Notes: generated by a model not told the origin, from the sequence alone. A stretch of DNA of 64,000 nucleotides from Eledone cirrhosa (GCA_964016885.1 OZ024740.1:253580001-253644000), one strand, 5' to 3'. Shown: positions 14,700 through 31,539, counted from the stretch's first letter. Made by a program: numbers and translations.

Positions 14700-16021
14700 A
14701 CCTTGTAAATCTCAAGAACACAATTTCTAACCTAAATTCCTCAAAAAATGTTTTAGTCCACTCTGACAAAACCAATAACTTATATGGTATTTCCAAGGAT
14801 AATTATAACAACCTTATCCTAAAGGAACGTAGGAAAAAGTATCGTAAAACCAACCATGAAAATTTAGAATACATAAACCTTGAAGCCTCTGAGATTATGT
14901 CAAAACTTGGCATTGAAAAAAAGACCGAACCATTCCTCCCAAGAACTCCGAGGATAAATCTCAAGGATCACAAAAACAATTTTCGCACTGAACTATCTGT
15001 TAGATTAATCGCCCCCTCTAAATCTGATCTGGGGGTTGTTAGTAAAGCCATCTTGGATAGAATTATCCCACAGGTTAGTTCTAATTGCTCTTCTTTGAAC
15101 CTAAATTTATGGTTTGGTACTTCTGAAGTGATTGGCTGGTTCAACAAATTGGATAATAAAAACAAACTAAAATTTATTCAATTTGATATTGCCAGCTAGA
15201 GTTCAACAACGAATATTGGACCAGAGCCGATACCTCTAACAACTTCGACATCACAATGGGAGCATCCGATTCATCCCAATTGACTGATTTAATTGGTATC
15301 TTCATTTTGAACTCTTTGAGTCGGAAAATTCCTCAACTTCGCGGTGGAATTTATCGTGACGATGGACTCTTTACTATCCTAAATTGCAATATAGTTAACC
15401 TTAATATTATTCAGAACAATATACGTAATCTCTTTAACCAACATAACCTAAAAATTGAATTTGATAATAGTATCAAACTAGCTAATTTCTTGGATGTATC
15501 TCTTAATCTTGATACTGGCCTATATTACCCTTACCATAAAAACAATGAGAACCTAAATTATGTTAACTTTAAATCTAACCATCCTACCAATATCAAGAAT
15601 GCTATAGTTAGTAATATTGGAAAAAGAATATCTAACATATCTTCTAATAAAAACATCTTTGATGCTAACGCCAATTACTATAATAACGCACATTCTAAAG
15701 CCGGCTATCCAGATAAAATCAAATATAGTAAAGAAACAAATTCTAGAAAAACTTACAGTAGAATAATTAATCATGACCATTCCAATAATTTTAATAAAAG
15801 ACCTAGATACAAAAACATAATCTGGTATAATGCTCCTTTCTCCATCTCTATTAATAACAATATTCCTAAATTATTTTTTAGTGCCTTAAATAAATGCTTC
15901 CCTCCCTCACATATCTATAGTAAAATATTTAACAAACACACCATCAAATTTTCTTATTCTACATCCTCCAATATTTCCAACATCATCTCTAAACACAACA
16001 ATAAAATACTAAATACTAAAT
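14700..16021 (+). pseudogene. Penelope-like reverse transcriptase (internal deletion and stop near 15199)
   Basis: SDKTNNLY, FIQFDIAS, MGASDS, YRDDG, FLDV and SNHP motifs in ORFs 14570-15199 and 15256-16032. Confidence 0.88.
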
Positions 16022-16199
16022 CTTTAGGATAAGGTTGTTATAATTATCCTTGGAAATACCATATAAGTTATTGGTTTTGTCAGAGTGGACTAAAACATTT
16101 TTTGAGGAATTTAGGTTAGAAATTGTGTTCTTGAGATTTACAAGGTGCTCTTGTCCTTTGTTTCCTATCGCAAACAACTTCTCCAATCCAATTCCTTCT

Positions 16200-16667
16200 A
16201 TAGATAACATTAGGTCACTCATTAATAATCTCTCTAATTGCAACTGCCACATTAAAAATAAATGTCCTCTCAACAACCATTGTCTCGATAAAAACTTAAT
16301 TTATGGATGTAAAATTATAACTAGCACCAATTCCTTCACCTATTTTGGCTCCACTTCCACCTCTTTTAAAGCTCGTCTCTATAATCACCATTCATCTTTC
16401 AAATACAAACTTAAAAGAACCAACACGGCTCTCTCAGAACTCATATGGTCCTTGAAAGACAAAAACATTAAATATACCATCTTTTGGAAGAAGGTTTCTT
16501 CTGCATCCTCATACTTGAACAGCTCTCTATCTAAAATCTGTAATCTCTGCCTAAATGAAAAATTTACCATTATCTCTAATCTAGATTCTATAATAAATAG
16601 ACGTACAGATTTGTTTTCTATCTGCCTGCATAAATTCCATAGGACTTTTCACAAAGTATACAGTTAA
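16200..16667 (+). pseudogene. Penelope GIY-YIG endonuclease domain
   Basis: C-terminal part of ORF 16050-16667, with the Cys linker and LIY/YFG motifs. Confidence 0.85.
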
Positions 16668-17440
16668 TATTCAATTCTTTATCAATTTAGAATCTTTTCT
16701 CAAAGGCACATATACATACACCTCTTTAAAATATACCCATCTTCCTACCTTACTTCAAAGGGCATTATACACTCTATAATACTTGTTTACTCATTACCCT
16801 CTTTCTATCTTCACCTTGTAAAATCCTTCATAACATATACATTTGTTTTTTTTGACGTTAGAATATTCATCCGCAATTATTATTATTTTTTCTCTCTATC
16901 ATAAAACTTTTTAATCTCAATTTCATCCTTAATTTATTATTTTTTTCTCCCCATCAACGAACTCATTCTTAATACATATTAACTCTTTATTCGCATATAT
17001 TATCAATTCCTTCAATATACAAACTTTAACTTCACATTATTTTTCTCAAATCCTTCTACACACAAACCTTAATAATTTTTTCTCTTCGTTAATTTTGAAA
17101 TTGCCACAATACTTATCAACATACACTTTTTTTGACGTTAGAATATTCATCCACAATTATTATTTTTTCTCTCTATCTTCATACATAAATTCCCTTCGTT
17201 AATTTTCAAATTCCTTTAATTTATACATTATCTTCCAACGGTTCTCAACCTCTCTATGTAAAACAATATATCTTTTCTCAGGTATAAAAACTATCTCTTT
17301 CTCTCTATCACTCATCTCTCCCTGTCCACCTTCACTCTCATCTCCTCCCCCTTTTTTCATCCTCCCCCCCCCTAAATAAAATATTTTTTCCTCGCACATA
17401 TCTTCCCTTCGTTAATTTTCAAATTAATTTATACATTATT

Positions 17441-17797
17441 ACTGGCGTCACGCAGTAATACAGGGTACCCGACCTCCCATGGGTACATGCTGAAGCATAT
17501 AAACAATATGCCCCCACTCCCCCCACCGCAAGGTGGTCGTGGTGGTGCCACGGCAAAAAAGCACCCAGCCCACACTGTAAAGTGGACGTGTAGGCGCCAC
17601 GAAAAAGCACCCAGCACTCACTGTAAATGAGGTTGGTGTTAGGAAGGGCATCCAGCTGTAGAAATCAAGCCAGATCAGTTCCTGTATGAGCAAGGCATGG
17701 TCAGCCAACCAGACACTGCCCACAACAGGACAACCCGTCTAACCCATGCTAGTGTGGAAGAACGGACGTAAAACGGTGATGATGATGATGATGATGA
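17441..17797 (+). mobile_element. RTE family A 3' fragment inserted in the Penelope 3' UTR
   Basis: Matches the 3' UTR at 5421-5780, has a (GAT)n tail, and is absent from the sister arm. Confidence 0.9.
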
Positions 17798-18039
17798 TTA
17801 TCTTCCAACGGTTTTCAACCTCTCTATGTAAAACAATATATCTTCTCTCAGTTATAAAAACTATCTCTTTCTCTCTATCACCCATCTCTCCCTCTCATCT
17901 CCTCCCCTTTTTCATCCTCCCCCCCCCTCTCTAAAAATATTTTTCCCAATATCACACATCAATCTAAAACCACTTTTCATATGTTGATTTAAAACTGCAC
18001 TATCCACAAGTGTTTTTTAGCCTTCATATCATGTTCTCC

Positions 18040-18110
18040 TGTTTTATCTGATGAAAACACAAATATTATTGCATGATGATGTTTGTTTTTGAAATGCGCA
18101 TAATAAAATA
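18040..18110 (+). ncRNA. Hammerhead ribozyme with extended stem II
   Basis: TGTTTTAT-CTGATGA(18048)-36 nt-GAAA(18091)-TGCGCA-TA-ATAAAATA. Confidence 0.72.
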
Positions 18111-18191
18111 CATGGAACTCCTTTAACCATCTTTTGATCTTATATTATATATATATATATATATAGAAATAAATAAATACATAAATAAATA

Positions 18192-20870
18192 AATTTCAAA
18201 GCATATTACTTGACGCTTTCGACAGTAAGGAAGAGCATTTAGAGTCGGACAATATAGAGAGACAGTGGGAATTCCTGAAAGCAAACCTGCTGATGGCGGC
18301 AGACGAAATCTGTGGCCGGAGCAGGCCTATAGGCAGGAGGAGAGTAACATGGTGGTGGAACAGTAAGGCGGAGGAGTCGATTAAGGCCAAAAAGCAGGCT
18401 TGGAAAATATGGCGGGATGGGGGAAGTAGAGAAGACTATCAAGTGGCCAGGAGGGAAGCTAGGAGACAAGTGTACTTTGCAAGAAGGGAAGCAGAGGAAA
18501 GAAAGTTCAACCATGTTCTACAACGCGAGGACCAAAAACGTGAGGTGTTCAGGATTGCTAGGCAATGTGTCAAGGAAAACCATGATATTGTTGGGGAGAA
18601 GTGTGTACTAAATGATGATGGCGTACTTGCCATCACTGACGCTGATAAGAAGGTCACTTGGAAGTGTCACTACGAGAGGCTACTAAATGAGGAGAATAAA
18701 TGGGAGAAGGATAGTCTCTCCCAGATCGACCCAATAGAGGGACCAGCAGTGTTAGTTGAAGGTAGTATAATAAGTAAGGCGATCAAAGATATGAAGACGG
18801 GTAAGGCGGCTGGGCCTTCGGAAATAGTCGCTGAGATGCTGAAGGCCTCTGGAGCGCTGGGACACACCATGGTCACCCGGATAGTAAACCAAGTCATACA
18901 GAATGGGGTTGTTCCGAAGGACTGACGTAGCAGCATCATCATTAACTGTTACAAGGGTAAAGGAGACGCCCTAGATAGGAGTAACTATAGAGGGATTAAA
19001 TTAATCGACCAGGTCATGAAGGTCACGGAAAAAGTAATAGTGCAACTAATCAGAGAGATAATCGATCTAGATGAAATGCAGTTCGGGTTTGTGTCAGGCA
19101 AAAGTACAACAGACGCTCTTTTCATTGTACGACAACTACAGGAGAAGTACCTAGCTAAAAGTAAACCCCTATACTTAGCCTTTGTCGACTTGGAGAAAGC
19201 CTTCGACAGAGTCCCCCGTTCCATTATCTGGTGGGCTCTTAGAAAACTAGGTGTTGACGAATGGCTTGTGAGAGCTATACAAGCCATGTATAAAGAAACA
19301 GTGAGCAAGGTTAGAATTAACAACGAATATAGTGAAGAGTTTAGCGTAAAAGTTGGTGTCCATCAGGGCTCTGTTCTTAGCCCCCTACTATTCATTATTG
19401 CTCTTCAGGCTATAACAGAGGAGTTCAAGACCGGCTGCCCATGGGAACTCCTATACGCAGATGACCTAACGCTCATAGCTGAATCAATGGCCGAACTAGA
19501 GAAGAAATTCCAAACATGGAAGCACGGCCTAGAATCGTAAGGCCTTAAAATTAACCTGGCTAAGACTAAAGTTCTAGTTTGTAGGAAAGAAAATAAGGCG
19601 CCGGTCCCTTCCGGGAAATGGCCATGCTCAGTGTGTAGGAAAGGCGTAGGTAGAAACTCTATTTTATGTCCCAAATGCAAAGTATGGGTGCATAAAAGAT
19701 GTAGTGGGATCACAGGTAAGCTAACTAAGAACACAGATTTTACATGTGGCCGGTGCTCTGGTGCAATAAGTAGCAGCAAGTGCCCACAGAATACTAGCTC
19801 TTTCAACTGCGCAGAGGGTTCTATAGAAATAGTGGACAGCTTCCGTTACCTGGGTGACAAAATCAGCAGTCGGGGAGGGTGCTCCGAAAGTACAGTAGCT
19901 AGAGTCAGAACTGGATGGAAAAAGTTCAGAGAGCTTATACCACTATTAGCCGCTAAAGGGTTCTCCCTAAAAGTGAAAGCAGGTTGTATGATGCCTGCAT
20001 ACGAACAGCAATGTTGCATGGCAGTGAGACCTGGGCATTGTGTGCAGAGGATATACGCAGACTAGAGAGGAACAAAGCTTGCATGCTCCGCTGGATGTGT
20101 AATAGTAATATACGCGAACGGCAAAGCATAAACGAACTAAGGAACAAATTAGAAATAAGAGAGATCAGATGTTGTTTACTCGAGAGAAGGCTACGTTGGT
20201 ATGGTCACGTGATGCGCATGAAAGACGACAGCTGTATAAAAAGTGCAGGGCAATAAAAATAGACGGTAGCCGCGGAGTAGGCAGACCCAGAAAAACACTT
20301 ACACCTCTCCAAGACAATGTCACTGGACCGAGACCTTTGGCGGTACTCAGTAACAGAGAAGACCCGCGTTACCTAAATATAAAGTAAAACCTACTACAGT
20401 CAGTAGGCATCTCTAACAAAATACACCTCCGTCCCACCACCCCCACCCCATCCACACCGCCCCTTTCAATGTAAAGTTATGTTGGTGCCACAAAATCCAG
20501 GCCGAAACAAATGAGATCGTGTAGGTGTCACGAAAAAAAAAACACACAGTCCACGCTGTAATGTGACCGTGTAGGCAACACAGTAAAAACGTCCCAGTCC
20601 CACACTGTAAATGTGGTTGGTGTTAGGAAGGGCATCCAGCTGTAGAAAACCTGCCAGACAGTCCACGCTGTAATGTGGCCGTGTAGGCAACACGGTAAAA
20701 ACCTCCCAGCCCCACACTGTAAATGTGGTTGGTGTTAGGAAGGGCATCCAGCTGTAGAAAACCCGCCAGACAGTCCTATGCGAGCAAGACAACCACTCTT
20801 GCCTCAAGTGGGAAAACTCCCGTCCAAACCCATGCAAGCATGGAGCACGGACGTTAAACGATGATGATGA
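18192..20870 (+). mobile_element. 5'-truncated degenerate RTE LINE (family B)
   Basis: Fragmented ORFs 18293-20387 match the 60685-63669 protein; tandem duplication in the 3' UTR; (GAT)n tail. Confidence 0.95.
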
Positions 20871-20898
20871 TATATATACATATATATATACATATATA

Positions 20899-20944
<46 letters not shown>

Positions 20945-20960
20945 TATATACATATATACC

Positions 20961-21004
<44 letters not shown>

Positions 21005-21139
21005 CGTATATATATACATATATATATATACATATATATATATATACATACATTTATAAATATACATATGTATATATACATATATATATATACACACATA
21101 TATATATACATATATAGATATATATATATGTATATATAT

Positions 21140-22980
21140 ATGTGGTGCACATGATTGCACATGCGGTAGGGGCCAGCATAAAATCAACCCTTAAGGAACA
21201 TATGTTCAAATTTAATGGTAAAACATATGCCCAAGAGGAAGGAGCAGCCATTGGTGTTAGCATTGCAGGCGACATAGCTAACTTATTCATGGTATGGTGG
21301 GACAGTAGACTTAAACAAAAACTTAAAGAACAATTAGAAGACAGCTTAACCCTGATAATGTACTCCCGCTACGTAGATGATATAAACATCGTAGTTAAGA
21401 CACCCCCACTAAAGAACAGTCAGGAACTAGAGAAAAACACAATGGAAAACATCCAGCAAATAGCAAACTCCATCCACCAGAGCATTAGAGTTACTATAGA
21501 CTACCCAAGTAGACACCCCAACCATCGATTACCTGTACTAGACACAGAGCTCTGGTTAGATACCATTAACAACCAAAAACAAATCCTCCATTCCCATTAT
21601 GCCAAACCCATGACTTCCAAACATCTGATCCACCGAAACTCGGCCATTTTGGACCATACCAAAATCAACATACTGATTGCGGATTTGGTACAGGTGATGA
21701 GAAATGTGTCCCGCATGTGCAACCCCGAAGAACTAGAGAGACACATACAACACTTCATCCACCGTATGCAGTTCTCTGGCTACAATCAGAGAGATAGAAT
21801 CAGAGTGTATAAAGGAGCCAGAACCAAATGGGAAAAAATGGTAAATAATGACATAAATGGGACCTGCCCCTTGTATAGGAGCAAATTTTGGAATAGAATA
21901 GAAAGAACTAGGAACAAGGCCAATAGAATAAACTCATGGTATGATAGCAATAAATACCAGAGTGTAATGTTCATCAATACAACCCCTAGAGGCGAACTAG
22001 CCTACAAATTTAGAAGGGCCCTAAATAAACATAATCTCAATATTAAGATAGTAGAAAGACCTGGTACCTCCGTAAAAACACTTATTAGCCGGACATACCC
22101 GTTCCAAAGACCCTCATGTATAGATAAGAAATGTATAACCTGTAAAATAAGCCCCCATATTAACTGTAAAACTAGAAATGTAGTGTATAGCATAAGATGT
22201 ACTGAAGGACAATGTAGAAACCAAAATATAGTGTACATAGGTGAGACAGCTTGTAGTATAGGGGAACGAATAAATGAACACTGGCGAGACTTCCAAGATA
22301 ATAAAGAATCATCTGTGCTCTACCAACATGCTAAGATAGAACACAGGGGTAGATTAGAGAGCATAGAAATAAAAATAGAATCCACACACATAAAAGACGC
22401 AATGTTTAGGCAAATTACAGAGGCAGTAAGCATAAAAGAAAACCAAAATTAAATAGAAAATATGAGTGGAACAGCAACATCACAACTTACAATTAAGGAC
22501 AAAATGAAAACACACACACACATAGAACAAACAACTTACAATTGAAAACACACACAGGACAAATTGAAAACACACACACACACATAGAACAAACAACCAA
22601 CCAACAATAAATAAATAAATAAACAAATAGAAAAATATAAATAGAAAAATAGAAAAATGAACACAAACACACACAGACACCCGGATGTGGCGCATGCGCA
22701 AACTGAGCACACAACACACACACAGAAACAAAATGGCGTAGGATAGAAGAAAGGAAAGACACAGAAACGAAGAAAGGAATCCCCAGTCACTGAAGAGGTC
22801 ACAGAGTGTGTGACGAAAGGACTATGACTATATATATAAACAACTATCTGGTTGTGGAACCAACCAACCAACCAGAAATTTGTAAATTTATAAATTTATA
22901 AATATATAATAAATTGAAGTGAAAGCAACTGGTGCGTGTGTTTCTTATTGGCAACATGACCCTCCCAAAGTATAACAATA
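21140..22980 (+). mobile_element. 5'-truncated Penelope-like element (YVDD RT, GIY-YIG; ORF 21142-22452)
   Basis: QEEGAAIG, YSRYVDD, LPVLD, Cys linker CIDKKCITC and VVY...YIGET motifs; hammerhead in the 3' region. Confidence 0.9.
22785..22829 (+). ncRNA. Type I hammerhead ribozyme
   Basis: AGTCA-CTGAAGA-G GTCACA gagtg TGTGAC-GAAA-GGAC-TA-TGACT. Confidence 0.75.
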
Positions 22981-23188
22981 TATATATATACATATATATA
23001 TATAGATATATATATAGATATAGATAGGTAAATATACACGGGTGTGTATGATTGTGTATAGAAGATTATATTAATAAGAGGAATTCCAACTTTGTCTGAT
23101 TTACTCGTTTTAATTACAATCCTTTAAAATATATATAATGGTATTATAATGAAATAGTATGATAGAATATTAAATTCTAAGTGTTAAT

Positions 23189-23227
23189 TGAACAAGTACT
23201 TTCATGCTTTCGCAATCTTCAGGTTCA
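23189..23227 (-). ncRNA. Minimal hammerhead (minus arm of the palindrome)
   Basis: Reverse complement of 23305-23343. Confidence 0.75.
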
Positions 23228-23304
23228 TGATATGTGGTGACAGTCGAGTTTGCAATTTTCAACTGACAGTTGAAAATTGCAAACTCGACTGTCACCACAT
23301 ATCA

Positions 23305-23343
23305 TGAACCTGAAGATTGCGAAAGCATGAAAGTACTTGTTCA
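23305..23343 (+). ncRNA. Minimal hammerhead (plus arm of the palindrome)
   Basis: TGAAC-CTGAAGA-T TGC gaaa GCA T-GAAA-GTAC-TT-GTTCA. Confidence 0.75.
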
Positions 23344-23624
23344 ATTAACACTTAGAATTTAATATTCTATCATACTATTTCATTATAATACCATTATATA
23401 TATTTTAAAGGATTGTAAATAAAACGAGTAAATCAGACAAAGTTGGAATTCCTCTTATTAATATAGATATATATATATATACATATATATATATACATAT
23501 ATATATACATATATATACATATATATATATATACATATATATATGTACATATATATACATATACATATATACATATATATACATATATATACATATATAT
23601 ATATATATACATATATATATACAT

Positions 23625-25950
23625 AGAGGAAAGAAAGTTCAAGCATGTTCTACAACGCGAGGACCAAAAACGTGAGGTGTTCAGGATTGTTAGGCAATGT
23701 GTCAAGGAAAACCATGATATTGTCGGGGAGAAGTGTGTACTTAATTATGATGGTGTACTTGCCATCACTGACGCTGATAATAAGGTAGCTTGGAAGTGTC
23801 ACTACGAAAGGCTACTAAATGAGGAGAATAAATGGGAGAAAGACAGTCTCCCCTACATCGACCCAATAGAGGGACCAGCAGTGTTAGTCGAAGGTAGTAT
23901 AATAAGTAAGGCAATCAAAGATATGAAGATGGGTAAGGCGGCTGGGCCTTCGGAAATAGTTGCTGAAATGCTGAAAGCTTCTGGAACGGTGGGACACACC
24001 ATGGTCACCCGGATAGTAAACCAAGTCATACAGAATGGGGTTGTTCCGAAGGACTGGCGTAGCATCATCATCATTAACTGCTACAAGGGTAAAGGAGATG
24101 CCCTAGATAGAAGTAACTATAGAGGCATTAAATTAATCGACCAGGTCATGAAGGTCACAGAAAAAGTAATAACACAACTAATCAGAGAGAGAATTGATCT
24201 AGATGAAATGCAGTTTGTGCATTTCATCTAGATCAATTCTCAGGCAAAAGTACCACAGACGCACTTTTCATTGTACGACAACTACAGGAGAAGTACCTAG
24301 CTAAAAGTAAACCCCTATACTTAGCTTTTGTCGACTTGGAGAAAGCCTTTGACAGAGTCCCCCATTCCATTATCTGGTGGGCTCTTAGAAAACTAGGTGT
24401 TGATGAATGGCTTGTGAGAGCTATACAAGCCATGTATAAAGAAACAGTCAGCAAGGTTAGAATTAACAACGAATATAGTGAAGAGTTTAGTTTAAAAGTT
24501 GGTGTTCATCAGGGGTCCGTTCTTAGCCCCCTACTATTTATTATTGCCCTTCAGGCTATAACAGTGGTGTTCAAGATCGGCTGCCCATGGGAACTCCTAT
24601 ACGCAGATGATCTAACGCTCATAGCTGAATCAATGGCCGAACTAGAGAAGAAATCCCAAACATGGAAGCATGGCCTAGAATCAAAAGGCCTTAAAATTCA
24701 CCTGTCTAAGACTAAAGTTCTAGTTTGTAGGAAGAAAAATAGGGCGCCGGTCCCATCCAGGAAATGGCCATGCTCAGTGTGTAGGAAAGGAGTATGTAGA
24801 AACTCTATTTTATGTCCCAAATGCAAAGTATGGGTGCATAAAAGATGTAGTGGGATCACAGGTAAGCTAACTAAGAACATAGATTTTATATGTGGCCGGT
24901 GCTCTGCTCAGGTGCAATAAGTAGCAGCAAGTGGCCACGGAATACTAGCTCTTTCAATTGCACAGATGGTTCTATAGAAATAGTGGACAGCTTCCGTTAC
25001 CTGGGTGACAAAATCAGCAGTGGGGGAGGGTGCTCTGAAAGTACAGTAGCTAGAGTCAGAACTGGATGGAAAAAGTTCAGAGAGCTTATACCACTATTAG
25101 CCGCTAAAGGGTTCTCCCTAAAAATGAAAGGCAGGCTGTATGATGCCTGCATACGAACAGCAATGTTACATGGCAGTGAGACCTGGGCATTGTGTGCAGA
25201 GGATATACGCAGACTAGAGAGGAACGAAGCTTGCATGCTCCGCTGGATGTGTAATAGTAATATACGTGAACGGCAAAGCATAAACGAACTAAGGGAAAAA
25301 TTAGAAATAAGAGGTATCAGATGTTGTTTACTCGAGAGAAGGCTACGTTGGTATGGTCACGTGATGCGCATGAAGGATGATAGCTGTATAACAAAGTGCA
25401 GGGCAATAAAAATAGACGGTAGCCACGGAGTAGGCAGACCCAGAAAAACCTGGGACGACTTGATAAATTCCGACCTCACACACTTACACCTCTCCAAGAC
25501 AATGTCACTGGACCGAGACCTTTGGCGGTACTCAGTAATAGAGAAGACCCGCCTTACCTAAATACAAAGTAAAACCTACTACAGTCAGTAGGCACCTCTA
25601 ACAAAATACACCCCCATCGCACTACCCCCATCCCATCCACACCACCCCTTTCAATGTAAAGTTATGTTGGTACCACAACATCCAGCCCGAAACAAATGAG
25701 GTCGTGTAGGTGTCACGACAAAAAAAAAAAACACACAGTCAACGCTGTAATGTGGCCGTGTAGGTAAAAACCTCCCAGCCCCACACTGTAAATGTGGTTG
25801 GTGTTAGGAAGGGCATCCAACTGTAGAAAACCCGCCAGACAGTCCTATGCGAGCAAGACAACTACTGTTGCCTCAAGTGGGAAAACTCCCGTCCAAACCC
25901 ATGCAAGCGTGGAATATGGACGTTAAACGGTGATGATAATGATGATGATG
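23625..25950 (+). mobile_element. 5'-truncated RTE LINE (family B)
   Basis: ORFs 23677-24231, 24336-24920 and 24890-25561 carry RT motifs; (GAT)n tail. Confidence 0.95.
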
Positions 25951-25952
25951 AT

Positions 25953-28943
<2,991 letters not shown>

Positions 28944-29658
28944 TGATGATTTCTTTCGAATGAAACAGTTCTAGTCCTGTAGAAGCCATTTATATATATA
29001 ATTGAACTGAGTTAAAAATTCACAATATTTATAATTAAATAAGCTCATATATATATGTGTATATTTATCTGTTTATTGTATTATATATAATGTGTGTATA
29101 TACAGGATGTCCCCCAAAAATATATACACACTTCAACAGCATTCTAATAACTATTGCCTGTACAGGTAATCAAAGTGTCAATCGAATGTTAGTTTCGTGT
29201 TTTAACAGTACAAATTTACAATACACACATAAAACCAGTGTATATACATACATGAGTGTGTATACACATACATGAATGTGTATATACAATATATATGTAT
29301 ATATATATATAGACACATATATTCACGGTGCAACGGAACATTAAGATATAGATGCGGGAGGGGGGGTGTATATATAGGGGCGCTGGGGATAAAGGAGTGT
29401 AAAGCGTGTGTAATTGATATATTGAAGGAGAGGAGCGAGCAGCGATAGAGTAACAAATATATAGAGAGGGGGAGAGATGGTATTGAAGGGGAGGAGTGCA
29501 AAGCGAAAGAGTAAGAGAGATATATATAGAGACGGAACAGATAGAGAGAAACAGGCGTAAGTAACAGTGGAAGAGATATAGAGAGAGGGGGAAATGTGTT
29601 ATTGAAGGGGCGGAGTGTAAAGCGAAAGCGTAAGATATATATAGAGAGAGGGGGAATA

Positions 29659-29694
<36 letters not shown>

Positions 29695-29842
29695 ACACTT
29701 ACTCTGATTGGTTGAAAATTAGCCAATGACATACGATCACCACCACCACGGCTATCCCCGAAAAATTTATGAAGAAGCTAGGCATATATGTTAGAACACG
29801 AAAAGTGAACATTCTGTTGTTTCACACTTTTCGTGTTCTAAC

Positions 29843-29891
<49 letters not shown>

Positions 29892-29893
29892 TA

Positions 29894-29972
<79 letters not shown>

Positions 29973-29997
29973 GTATATATATATATACGTGTATATA

Positions 29998-31380
29998 TAT
30001 GTGCGCGGGATATCCCTGAGTACATTTTCTTGACCATCAATTGTTAATTGATTGTTTGTTAACTAGGCAGGAATATACCATTATGTCTGTGCTAATCCTA
30101 TGTGTTACTGTATGTGTGTAAAGTATCCGAGCGCGGGATATCCCTGAGCTAATTTTGCCTGACTGTTAATAGTGTATTGAGTACTGGTTAATTAGGCAGG
30201 AATATATTATATATTATTATGTCTTTGTTATTCCTGTATCAATAATTTTATGATAATTTTTTGTGATAATACATTGTTAGATTACTGAAGCTACCTTATA
30301 CCTTCTTAAAAACGCATGTTATAATTATTGTCTTTTTGCTTATGTATTTTCTTATTTACTACTTTCTTTAATCTTGCCCAACTTGATAAACTCTTTGAAT
30401 TGCTCCCTAATTAAATTACTTAAATTACTTAAATTATTGTATCTATTATGCCTAAGTTGTATCTGTTGAAGCAGCCCTTTGAAAATTCCTCGGATATCCC
30501 AAATACCGTAATTTTTAACTTTTAATGTATAATTTTCCTCAATTCGTTTTTATATATATCCTTAAAGGCTCTCTAAAATTTTAATTCTTCGAAGGGTCTC
30601 TCGGAGGAAGTTCCTATTAAAAATATTAAAGGGGCCTTTTCTGAGAGATTTATAGAAGGCTCTTTGAATTAACCTTTAAGTGATTAGTTTCTTTCAACTT
30701 AGTAGGGAATATCAAAACTCCGTAAGTTTTCAGAAATTTGTAAACGTGATCTCGGGGGAAGAAAGTTTTTTTCTTTGGGAAAAAAATTTTTTTCTCTCGA
30801 AGAAATTTCATAGGAAACTTTATATTTTTTAGGGAAACTTTATATTTTTTAGGGAAACTTTATATTTTTATTTTATTAGCCTCTTAATTTCTTCTAGTTT
30901 ATTAGGCTTATTGGAGCCTGTAAGCTTTATGCACTTATTGAGGGATTTTTTAAGGTGCTTCTACGGGATCCCAAATCTTTTAGTTTACTGTTAATGCGTA
31001 AATTATATATTATCTAATTTTTAACCTTCAATCCCTGACCCCGACAACTAATATAAAAGAGCCCATTTGAATATAGACCCCAACTATACAAGCGGAGCTG
31101 CTGATGTACACCACAATTTCAAACTGCTAGCCTTGAGTGATACGTTGATGTAAATAATGATCTTACAATCACATGTTATATGCCTTGATAAGTCCCACCG
31201 TATGGTCGGACGAAACGGCTGTCGGCAATAAACTCGTTATAATGTCATAATAGTTCCTTTGTTCTTTTTCACTAATATTTCTGCTCTGCGTATACGCATA
31301 GAGCTTAACTAGCTACCGTCACATATTTGGTAGGTCAGACGTGATCATCGCGATTCACATACGACCTACCATACATCTTG
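29998..31380 (+). mobile_element. Probable non-coding Penelope-type 3' UTR/pLTR with variant hammerhead
   Basis: Bounded by TA tracts; internal ~130-bp direct repeat (30001/30131) and 3x20-bp repeat (~30812-30869); hammerhead-like fold near its 3' end. Confidence 0.5.
31181..31227 (+). ncRNA. Hammerhead ribozyme, U3-A8 core variant
   Basis: TGCC-TTGATAA-GTCC cacc gtat ggtc GGAC-GAAA-CGGCTG-TC-GGCA. Confidence 0.7.
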
Positions 31381-31381
31381 T

Positions 31382-31539
<158 letters not shown>

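Larger units (their letters stand above)
13066..18146 (+). mobile_element. Penelope-like element (YRDD type, CxC-x5-CPL linker; Naiad-like) with a long inverted 3' duplication (13066-14824 / 16022-18146)
   Basis: RT motifs FIQFDI, MGA and GGIYRDDG; GIY-YIG NLIY...YFG; arms match in reverse complement. Confidence 0.9.
23067..23465. repeat. ~400-bp near-perfect palindrome (centre 23266)
   Basis: Arms of ~199 bp, a 1-nt loop and one mismatch seen. Confidence 0.95.

Noticed and set aside
29101-29135. TACAGGATGTCCCCCAAAAA resembling a Tc1/mariner TIR
   Set aside because: No partner TIR or transposase was found.
29330-30870. Short tandem repeats considered as a CRISPR-like array
   Set aside because: Eukaryotic context, no unique spacers and no cas genes; these are degenerate minisatellites.
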